A stretch of DNA of 64,000 nucleotides from Eledone cirrhosa. Its lineage: Eukaryota. Both the position numbers and the translations under genes were made by a program. Positions 13,702 to 25,800 of this stretch are shown in pieces. Location: NCBI GenBank assembly GCA_964016885.1, contig OZ024755.1, positions 930,001-994,000 of the forward strand, written 5' to 3'. Positions within the stretch are counted from its first letter, which is position 1. Each line of letters begins with the position of its first letter. The notes under the pieces are model-generated. The model did no database searches, was not told the DNA's origin, and saw nothing but the letters and a program-made list of their open reading frames with translations.

Positions 13702-16700
13702 GTCAGTTATTTCATATTTTTATACTAACAGAAATTACAATATACATGTCGGCTTTTTTGTTGTGATGCCTACATGACCCCTTTACAGTGTGGGTTGGGT
13801 GCTTTTTGCTGTGATGCCTACATGACCCCTTTACAGTGTGGGTTGGGTGCTTTTTGGTGTGATGCCTACATGGCCCTTTTACAGTGTGGGTTGGGTGCTT
13901 TTTGCAATACACGACCACTTATATATTATGTTAGATTACTGCTAACATTCACATGCCAACAATGCTTAAAGCAACCAGTGACATGTGTAAAAAAAATGTT
14001 TTGCAACATGGGGGGGGGGGGGGGGGGGTCTACAGAGATAAACATTGTTTACCAAATTTGTAAATAAAGTAAGGATTGGCACCAGGAAGAGCATCTGCCT
14101 AGAACATGAGAGAGAATTTGCATCCAACTCCAGCCGACATCAGAAAATAAATGTGAAAAGCAGGAAGGTTGCGATGATATATATTTATCATCTTAGCAAC
14201 AGATGAATCTGTTTTTTTTATAGTTACCAGACGTGGCCACTCACACAGAAGCTTTCAAATCAGCTCAAATACTTTGTCAGTATGAGTGGCCAGTTACAGC
14301 CGGTTTGAACAGAAAGAGGTTAGGGAATTCTCGTCGGATATGGCCAGAATTCTCTCACCTCTTTCTGTTCAAACCGGCCATAACAGCCACTCATACTAAC
14401 GTTAAGATATTGTTCTCAAAATAGATAATATCAAAATCATAGATTCGATATTATGTGAGATAATTATGTAAGATAAAGCTTTTACCGCAAAATACAATAG
14501 TATATATAGAAAATGTAAATAGTAAAGGGTTAAACAGGTGTTTCACCATACAACTTATCACCAGTATATATATTTCACCACACACCACGTAAATATATTT
14601 GTTTTATAGTTGCAATATTCCTGTAAACTAAATTGTGATTAACCTACCTTACATTCTCAGTCTGTTAGAAATGGGTTTGAAATTCACAGAACTGTTTTAA
14701 AATGTGACTTATCTCTGTTTGTAAAGTACATATTTTATCATATATCTCTGATGGTGTTGTGATATTCTCTCCGGTTGCACTTTGCTTTGCTGCATACTTT
14801 TGCTCGTCACTAAAGAAAGTCAGTGAACAAAATCTAAATAAAATTTGTAGTTAATTCACATATTTATATAATTTACATCGGCTTACTTTAAATCTGGAAT
14901 TGCTAGTATCACTCATAGAAGTCTTTTGTGTTGATTCTAAAAATATCGAAATGTAGAATATGTTTTTTGTAACTTGATTCAAGGTCTCATTTTCTATAGA
15001 GAGAGAGAGGAAGATGTGCATTTAATTGAATTCACACTAGTATATTACTGGTACTTATTTTATTGACCTTGGAGGGATGACATGAACAGCACAAAGCTAC
15101 AATGTATAATATAGCTAATTAAATCAACCACCATTCTTTAAAATGTTATGCCTGCTCTCCATGTTGGGTTGGACAGATTGCTACGACTCAGAAAAAGTAA
15201 AAACCTTCAAAATTTCTGCATTCAGCTCGGCATCCGACTTGTTTCTGTCACTCCATCTTCACTTGAACTCAAAATATTAACCCTTTAGCATTTAAACCAG
15301 CCGTATCCGGCCAGAATTTTCTAACCGGCTGTAACCGGCCACTCATACTGATGTTAAGGTATTGTTCAAAATAATATCAAGATCTCAGATTCGATATTAT
15401 GTGAGATAATTATGTGAAATAAAGTGTTTACCGTGAAAATACAATAGTATATATAGAGTAATGTAAATACTAAAGGGTTAATACAATAGTATTATAGAGT
15501 AATGTAAAGGGTTAAGAGAAGCAAATAAAATTCTTTAATACCTCAAATGGATAAAAGGCAAAGTTGACCTTGGCGTGGGATATGAACTTAAAGAGCTGAG
15601 AACCAGAATTAATACCACAAAACATTCTTCTACCTGGCATTCTAACGACTGCCAATTCACCGCCTGTCTCGACCATTACCATTCATTTAATAGTTAGATA
15701 ATAAAATGTTTACTATACTAAAATATATTTATACGTTTTAATCATTTAAACATATAAATATACTTTAATATACATATTTGTTATAATATTCATACTGTGT
15801 CTATGTATTAGTAATTAGAATATATTGTTTTTATATTCCACCTCCACCTCCTCCGCCAATATAAGCAATTGCTGTTGCTCTTGACTTAAGACTTATAATA
15901 CAAACAGTTAAAGAGATTTTATGTTTTAGTAAAAATTGAGGTTAAGTAGATTCATTACTTTACAAGGTTTTGTTAGATTTACCATTACTTTATCCTATAG
16001 TCCTTGTTTCATGCTTTGTCTAACCTTTTTCATGTAACATAGGTCACTGATAAGATTGCAGTTTATATTTGATAAAATTTGTCTTGAGACATTTTACTTA
16101 GTTTTTCTTCATAGTCTCCAGCCAAACCAGGATGGAGAAGGCTCCATCCTGTAAACTGAACCTCTATTGTTCATATATTTTAATTCATTTTGTTCAATTT
16201 GGTTTGGTTTAACCCGTTTCATACAAAACCACCTAAAACCACTCCTTGTTCCTCTACTTTACAACAGCTGAGAATTTCACTTTCTACATTGTTTGTTTAC
16301 AAAATGACTTATTTTAATGTGTTAAAAACCTTCCAAAGTAAGTTTATATAAGAACTTTTTAAGTTATGTTACAAACAGCAGCTTAAAAATGGGAAAGCTT
16401 GTTATATTACTAAATCCCTCCAAATACATGATTTGAAATTGTGGGCAGTGTCTTATATTTAGAAATATGGTAAAGTTCAGCTAACATGGTATTGATAACA
16501 TCACACCATATATATATATATGTCTCCCAGTTTCTGTGATGACATGATAGAACTAAGGAGTTCCTATCATTAAAACACCCAAGCTTATGAGGTGTAACCA
16601 CATAACAGGCCTGCTAAACCTAGGCAGGTGTGAATCATAACAACAAGAAAGGAATATTAAGCATGATTTTGAAAATATGTTCTTTGAAATGCAAGTTGAT

Positions 16701-16911
16701 AATTAAAAGAATCACTGATAAAGATATGTTTGTTTCGTTTTGTTAAAGAAATTTAACTCCTTCTTTCTGGCTAGATAAGACTGAAGCAAAATTAAATAAT
16801 AGTCATGTGACCTTCATGATAAATGGTGACAATAAATGTTTGTAATTTCTTTGGTTGCATAATTATTGACCTTTTGACTCAATTTTACAGTTTCTGTTTT
16901 AACATAAATAT

Positions 16912-16975
<64 letters not shown>

Positions 16976-17014
16976 CACACACATATATATATACACACAC
17001 ACACATATATATAT

Positions 17015-17051
<37 letters not shown>

Positions 17052-18504
17052 GTATATGGAGGCACATGGCTTAGTGGTTAGAGTATTGGCCTTGCAATCG
17101 AAAGGTTTGAGTTCAATTCTCAGACCAGGTGATGTGTTGTTTCCTTGAGCAAGACACTTTATTTCACATTGCTCCAGTTTACTCAGCTGTAGAAATGAGA
17201 TGTAAAGTGAACGTGTAGGTGCCACGGCAAAAAAGCACCCAGCACTCACTATAAATGAGGTTGGTGTTAGGAAGGGCATCAAGCTGTAGAAATCAAGCCA
17301 GAATCAGTTCCCGTCCCACCCTTGCAAGCAGGGAAAAGCAGACATAAAATGATGATGATATAACATGAATATATATATAGTTATATGAGTGTTTCTGGGA
17401 AAGACAGCCAATTGAAGAGGGATTTCGAGACTCGAAATAGGTAGTAACTTAACCACTGCCATGCTGGTCAATACATTGATCTCCATCAATCAACCTTCTG
17501 AAACGATCGTAAAACAATAACTATCTACTTACACCTGACTTCTGGGGTTTCTTTTTTTATTGTTCTATGCACACACATATATATATATATCTGTTTAGCT
17601 TGCCTCGTCTTTTTGGCCTAGGTGGTTGATGGCTTCTTGACCACCATCTTAGTTTGTTTGGCCTTTATAACCTATGTTTATTGCTCTGGTCTCTATTTGG
17701 TCCATGGAGCGCTTGCCAGCATAACTCGGATATTGCGTTTCGCTTGTTTTCGACCCTGGCCGAAATACGAATCTCGCTGAAATATATATATATCATAATC
17801 TATAAAGCTCAGTGTGTGGTCATGCTCCTTCGTTATAGAAATCTACGATATAGAATTTCTTCAATTGAAATTTACAATTCAGTATTCGAAATAGCTTCGA
17901 TTGCGTCTTGACGCAGATAATTTTTTCAATTTCACCCACAATTACGCAAAAAATAGATAAAACTCAATATTTTACGATTTTTCTCTCTCATTTAAACTGC
18001 TGAACTCTTTCTACTACCATTCAAAATCTATACAACTTCATACTTTCTGCTACTTTCTCTTTCCAAGCTTGATGGTGATACTGTCCGTTCACACCACTCC
18101 CTACTGTCTTAAATTTAGAAAACACATATCCTCTATGAGGTTACTAAACCTGCTAGAAACAGCAGCTAACTCTCCCCCATATCACACCACTCCCTACTGT
18201 CTTAAATTTAGAAAACACACAGACAACCATGCAGAACAACTCCATCGCAGCTCTGTTGTTCGGCTGGCATCGTCTACGCGCGTGTTGCGCAAGTACTGTG
18301 AAACAATAAATTTCAACACTTTTTTGCACAGAGATAATATCCATAGACGAAACTACAATTGTCACTGCTGGCGCAGCTCATGCTTCCAGGTCTGCAATTC
18401 ATTCACCCAGTGCCTGGCAGACAAAAAAGTGCTGCCATAAAATGGGTGGTGCAACCTAACTTTGGTAACTTAATGACCCCGAGCAATGCCGGGCTTTAAT
18501 GCTA

Positions 18505-18552
<48 letters not shown>

Positions 18553-21500
18553 GTCCTTTTTCAGAGCTGTAGGGACCAGTGGGAGGGAGAGAGAGGATGG
18601 TACCTTCAAACTGGAGATGCAAGTGTAGACTACCAAGCTAAAGACACCGAAAGGCGGCCTGGTAGTGGTGTTAAACTAATGTGACAGATTATTTCTAGCA
18701 GCCAAGTAGGCCACAGTAAGATTAGAGTTCAGAACAGCAAGAACCAGTACAAATACCAAACAGTATTTCTGATGCTTTAACAATTCTGCCAATAAACCAC
18801 CTTCGATGGGAACTTTATCAACGGCCATTAGGATCAAAGGCAAAATTATGAAGGGAAGGATTTGAAGAGAAAGCCCAGAGATCCAGAGTAAATATTACAG
18901 GAAAGATAGCCATCCATAGAAATGATGTCAAAAATTGGAACACACAAACAAGATAGTCTTCTAATCCTTCCCTATTCTGATATTCTGTATGGGAAGATGA
19001 TGATGATGATGATGACACAAGTCTCTCTCTCTCTCTTACTCTCTCTCTCTCTCTCTCAGATATGATATCATATTGAATTAACAATAAAATAATTTAAAAT
19101 TAGTCACAGACTGAAGAAAGGACTACACCCATGACCTTTGCATGTTCCCATGATTGGTGGTGGTGGGGGTGGTAGTGGTGTGGTTAATATGACTGGTGGT
19201 GGTAAGTTTGTACATTTGTAGTTTATGAACTACAGAATAAATAAAAACAATGGGAAGCAGGTGTTCCAGGGATAGAAGAGATTGAGGTGTTTAGTGTAGT
19301 ATATAGGAGAGTTTGGTGTGTTTAGTGTAGTATATAGGAGAGATTGAGGTGTTTAGTGTAGTATATAGGCCAGATTGAGGTGTTTGGTGTAGTATATAGG
19401 AGAGATTGGGGTGTTTAGTGTAGTATATAGGAGAGATTGAGGTGTTTAGTGTAGTATATAGGAGAGATTGGTGTGTTTAGTGTAGTATATAGGAGAGTTT
19501 GGTGTGTTTAGTGTAGTATATAGGAGAGATTGAGGTGTTTGGTGTAGTATATAGGAGAGATTGAGGTGTTTGGTGTAGTATATAGGAGAGATTGAGGTGT
19601 TTAGTGTAGTATATAGGCCAGATTGAGGTGTTTGGTGTAGTATATAGGAGAGATTGAGGTGTTTAGTGTAGTATATAGGCCAGATTGAGGTGTTTGGTGT
19701 AGTATATAGGAGAGATTGAGGTGTTTAGTGTAGTATATAGGAGAGATTGAGGTGTTTGGTGTAGTATATAGGAGAGATTGAGGTGTTTAGTGTAGTATAT
19801 AGGCCAGATTGAGGTGTTTGGTGTAGTATATAGGAGAGATTGGGGTGTTTAGTGTAGTATATAGGAGAGATTGAGGTGTTTAGTGTAGTATATAGGAGAG
19901 ATTGGTGTGTTTAGTGTAGTATATAGGAGAGTTTGGTGTGTTTAGTGTAGTATATAGGAGAGATTGAGGTGTTTGGTGTAGTATATAGGAGAGATTGAGG
20001 TGTTTGGTGTAGTATATAGGAGAGATTGAGGTGTTTAGTGTAGTATATAGGCCAGATTGAGGTGTTTGGTGTAGTATATAGGAGAGATTGAGGTGTTTAG
20101 TGTAGTATATAGGCCAGATTGAGGTGTTTGGTGTAGTATATAGGAGAGATTGAGGTGTTTAGTGTAGTATATAGGAGAGATTGAGGTGTTTGGTGTAGTA
20201 TATAGGAGAGATTGAGGTGTTTAGTGTAGTATATAGGCCAGATTGAGATGTTTGGTGTAGTATATAGGCCAGATTGAGATGTTTGGTGTAGTATATAGGC
20301 CAGATTGAGGTGTTTAGTGTAGTATATATGAGAGATTGAGGTGTTTGGTGTGTTTAGTGTAGTATATATGAGAGATTGAGGTGTTTGGTGTAGTATATAG
20401 GAGAGATTGAGGTGTTTGGTGTAGTATATAGGAGAGAATGAGGTGTTTGGTGTAGTATATAGGAGAGATTGAGGTGTTTGGTGTAGTATATAGGAGAGAT
20501 TGAGGTGTTTAGTGTAGTATATAGGCCAGATTGAGATGTTTAGGACAACCCGTCTAACCCATGCTAGCGTGGAAGAACGGACGTAAAACGGTGATGATGA
20601 TGATGATGATGAGTATATAGGAGAGATTGAGGTGTTTGGTGTAGTATATAGGCCAGATTGAGGTGTTTAGTGTAGTATATAGGAGAGATTGAGGTGTTTG
20701 GTGTGTTTAGTGTAGTATATATGAGAGATTGAGGTGTTTGGTGTAGTATATAGGAGAGATTGAGGTGTTTAGCGTAGTATATAGGAGAGTTTGGTGTGTT
20801 TAGTGTAGTATATAGGAGAGATTGAGGTGTTTGGTGTAGTATATAGGAGAGATTGAGGTGTTTAGTGTAGTATATAGGAGAGATTGAGGTGTTTAGTGTA
20901 GTATATAGGAGAGATTGAGGTGTTTAGTGTAGTATATAGGAGAGATTGAGGTGTTTAGTGTGGTATATAGGAAAGATTGAGGTGTTTAGTGTAGTATATA
21001 GGAGAGATTGGGGTGTTTGGTGTAGTATATAGGAGAGATTGAGGTGTTTAGTGTAGTATATAGGAGAGATTGGGGTGTTTGGTGTAGTATATAGGAGAGA
21101 TTGAGGTGTTTAGTGTAGTATATAGGAGAGTTTGGTGTGTTTAGTGTAGTATATAGGAGAGATTGAGGTGTTTAGTGTGGTATATAGGAGAGATTGAGGT
21201 GTTTGGTGTAGTATATAGGAGAGATTGGGGTGTTTGGTGTAGTATATAGGAGAGATTGAGGTGTTTAGTGTAGTATATAGGAGAGTTTGATGTTTAGTGT
21301 AGTATATAGGAGAGATTGAGGTGTTTAGTGTAGTATATAGGAGAGATTGGGGTGTTTAGCGTAGTATATAAGAGAGATTGGGGTGTTTAGTGTAGTATAT
21401 AGGCCAGATTGAGGTGTTTAGTGTACTATATAGGAGAGTTTGGTGTGTTTAGTGTAGTATATAGGAGAGATTGAGGTGTTTAGTGTAGTATATAGGAGAG

Positions 21501-22783
21501 ATTGGGGTGTTTAGTGTAGTATATAGGAGAGATTGGGGTGTTTAGTGTAGTATATAGGCCAGATTGAGGTGTTTGGTGTAGTATATAGGAGAGTTTGATG
21601 TTTAGTGTAGTATATAGGAGAGATTGAGGTGTTTAGTGTAGTATATAGGCCAGATTGAGGTGTTTAGCGTAGTATATAGGAGAGATTGAGGTGTTTAGTG
21701 TAGTATATAGGAGAGATTGGGGTGTTTAGTGTAGTATATAGGAGAGATTGAGGTGTTTAGTGTAGTATATAGGAGAGATTGGGGTGTTTAGTGTACTATA
21801 TAGGAGAGTTTGGTGTGTTTAGTGTAGTATATAGGAGAGATTGAGGTGTTTAGTGTGGTATATAGGAGAGATTGGGGTGTTTAGTGTGGTATATAGGAGA
21901 GATTGAGGTGTTTTGTGTGGTATATAGGAGAGATTGGGGTGTTTAGTGTAGTATATAGGAGAGATGGAGGTGTTTGGTGTAGTATATAGAAGAGATTGAG
22001 GTGTTTGGTGTAGTATATAGGAGAGGTTGGGGTGTTTAGTGTAGTATATAGGAGAGATTGAGGTGTTTAATGTAATATATAGGAGAGATTGAGGTGTTTA
22101 GTGTAGTATATTGGAGAGATTGAGGTGTTTAGTGTAGTATATGAGAGATTGGGGTGTTTAGTGTGGTATATAGGAGAGATTGAGGTGTTTAGTGTAGTAT
22201 ATAGGAGGTTTTGGGGTCTTTAGTGTAGTATATGAGAGATTGGGGTCTTTAGTGTAGTATATGAGAGATTGGGGTGTTTAGTGTACTATATAGAAGAGAT
22301 TGAGGTGTTTGGTGTGGTATGTAGGAGAGATTGAGGTGTTTTGTGTGGTATATAGGAGAGATTTGGTGTTTAGTGTAGTATATAGGAGAGTTTGGTGTGT
22401 TTAGTGTAGTATATAGGAGAGATTGAGGTGTTTAGTGTAGTATATAGGAGAGATTGGGGTGTTTGGTGTAGTATATAGGAGAGATTGAGGTGTTTGGTGT
22501 AGTATATAGGAGAGATTGAGGTGTTTAGTGTAGTATATAGGAGAGTTTGGTGTTTAGTGTAGTATATAGGAGAGATTGAGGTGTTTAGTGTAGTATATAG
22601 GAGAGATTAGGGTGTTCAGTGTAGTATATAGGAGAGATTGAGGTAATTTCTGCAAATTTTGGGGTGTACCGGCTGTCGTATTATCTGTAGAAGAGGAAGA
22701 GATAAGTAACAAGTTGTTTGTAAGCGTGTTACTGAATGAATCTTTGCTAATCGGCCCAAATAGATATGTATGTATGTATATAT

Positions 22784-22849
<66 letters not shown>

Positions 22850-25800
22850 AACAGTAGTATTGTTCCAGTTATCTAATGGTTAGTGTTGGTTTCAGGTTCA
22901 TAAAGTTATGAGTTCAAACCCTAGGCTGGCTGATTGTGTTGTTGACACATATTACTGCACTCTACACAGATCACAACTCTTAGCTATCCTCCATTCCTGT
23001 AGTTTACACTACTACACCACTACACCTCTCCACCACTATACCACTACACCACTACACTACTCCACCACTATACCACTACACCTCTCCACCACTACACCAC
23101 ACTACTCCACCACTACACCACTACACTACTACACCACCACACTACTCCACCACTACACTACTCCACCACTCCACCACTACACTACTCCACCACACTACTC
23201 CACCACTACACCACCCCACCACTCCACCCCAAAGACCATTGCTAGAACTAACACTTCATATCTATTTAAACAGCAATCAATGTTAGTGACTTGACATATC
23301 CTAACTTAGTAATTCATTCTTTATTTTCTAAATTTATTTTAGTTTTATATTTGTGCAGTATTTATAAATTTAAACTTTTCAAAGACAGAACTTATTTCAC
23401 CGTTTTGATACTAAACTGTCTCTCCGTAGTCTTATTATATCTAAAAACCTTCCAATATAATTTTATGTTAGAATCTTTGTTAAGCTGTGCTCCAAACTGC
23501 AACTTAGCTTTATTACTAAATCTCTCCAAATCTTTATTATAATGTTTAAATAACTTTGACAATAAACAGTCTTTCATTAGAAATATGGTAATGAAAGGGT
23601 TAAGCTATGTTTCAAATGCCAGCTTAATAATGTAAAAAGTTAGTTATATTACTAAATCTTGTTTATTTTCAAAATTATTTAAAAATTATATGTGGTAAGG
23701 AAAGGGTTAAATTTAGAAATACATGAAAATGTATAAAATGGAAGTAAAGCATATATAGCAACTGTGTAAGTTATTGACTTACTAGCTTCATTTCACTAAT
23801 AGATGATGGCACTGATTCTACGCTTTTTCCTGCTTAGGAGTCTGAATAGACTACACTGGCATCCTTTGTGTTGTAATAGTTAAATTGTGAACAAGGTTGG
23901 AGAAAAACAAAAAACTAGTTGAGGAAAAAATAATTTGGAATTTATAAACAAATAACCTAAATTAGACATAGTTTGCAGTGTGTGTTGTGGAACAATAACT
24001 GTACTTTACTACGATGGTATAATATATAGTTGGCATAGGAAGGAATATCTTTTCCAAAAAGCTTGTCATACATTTTTGTATTATATCTATTAATTAGAAA
24101 GATATATTTAGATATCTGATGTTGTATATCTTTCCATTAATAAATAGGAGATATGTTTATTATATATGCTAAATATTTTGTATTTGTCCTATTAGAGTAT
24201 TTAAAACAAACAACAACTTTCAGTGAATTTAAGATATAAAATTTCATCAGATGTAAAAATAAACAAATTCTACTGTAAACCCATGAGAGGATCATGAATA
24301 TTGATATTGGCTTCTGATTTAGGCATAAGGTCAACAATTTTGGGGGAGGGGAAAGTCAATTGAATTAACCCCAGTGTGTTACTGGTACTTTATTTTATTG
24401 ACCCTGTAAGGATGAAATAAACATTGATAATCCTGCTGAGGTCAAATTTACTTTTCATCCATTTTGGGGGTCATTGAAATAAAGAACTGATCTGGAGAAG
24501 TGGATTACTCTTTTACTCTTTTACCTGTTCCAGCCATCCGACTGAGGCCATGCTGGGGCACTGCCCTTGGATTATCGGAATTATTAAAGCATTTCATGAA
24601 ATTCCTTGTGATATTTGTATCAGCTCTTTGTGTTCTAAGTTCAAACCATACCATGACCTATTTGGGTAGTGGACTTAAATCTGTTGCCCTGTTTAACACC
24701 CCTACTAGACTTTTGGGAACCTTTAGCACAATCTACTCTGTTGCAAACATTTAGATCAAGTCACTTGTTTGAGAATATTTCCTCCTCCCCTTCCAACAGC
24801 CACAGAAGTCCTAAACAGTTTTTAAAAAAAGGAAAATGCTTCTAGATTTCCCAACAATAAAGTAAAAATCGATGTTTGGTACAGGTGATGTCTTGAAAGG
24901 TGTTTAAAACAATTGATTCGGGGCCAGGACATTATTATGACACCATTAAACCTTTAGTATTTAAACCGGCTGTAACTGGCCGTTCATACTGATGTTAAGG
25001 TATTGTTCTCAAAATAAATATTATCAAAATCTCATAGATTTGATATTATGTGGAGTAAAGCCTTTACTGTGAAAATACAATAGTAAATATAGAGTAATGT
25101 GAATGGTAAAGGTTTAAGATATGATCTGAATTGTCTAATACACTGGTTCCTTAAATTATCTTTTTACAGAACCCTTATACCATTTTATAAACATTTTGAA
25201 TCCAATACTTATATTTTATGGACAATCCTCACTGCCTTACACATACTTTACATAATTTAATTATATAAATTAAATTATTGTAATTTATTGAAATAATTTT
25301 TGTTTGTCTTTTCTTTTTCCTCTTTGTTAATTAAGATTTTCTCTTTGATATTTCAGGAGGTTTTCCGTTACAAGGTAGATTATCAGGTCTCTTTATATAT
25401 AGTTGCTGTTCTTGAATATATTGCTGCTGATATACTTAAGGTAAGCTGATATGTCTCTTTTGATTGTTTTCTCTTCTGCTATTTCCTTGCTATCCCCCTC
25501 TTAATTTGAATTAACAAGTTCATTAGAATGTTAAGGGTTAATTACAAAAGGTTAAACAATATTTTGTTCGTTGGTTTATCATATTTATTCCTCCCAATCA
25601 GTACACTAACTACATAATAAAATGTACTCTAGGAGCTTTAATTTTTTCTCGTTTTTTTGTACAAAAACCAAAACCTCCTTGGTCACTAGGGGTATCATCA
25701 CAGTGTTACCAAACATGTCCTATAAAGTTGCCGGCTGCGATTTATGAAGTCACTGTCACTGATAGATAAACAGAAAAGAAAAAAAATTAGTTTTCAATTT

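Noticed and set aside
14010-14028. Poly-G run (also ~34913-34927) as a G-quadruplex element
   Set aside because: Simple homopolymers of uncertain length; nothing indicates function.
17058-17130. tRNA gene
   Set aside because: Has A and B boxes but no convincing cloverleaf, and continues into a SINE body.
17412-17511. TTGAAGA...GAAAC-gatc-GTA, possible decayed Penelope ribozyme
   Set aside because: Core C3 is mutated and stem I is unpaired; too weak to call without a family consensus.
22908-23294. 128-aa His/Thr/Pro-rich ORF
   Set aside because: Product of CCACTA low-complexity sequence; no splice or homology support.
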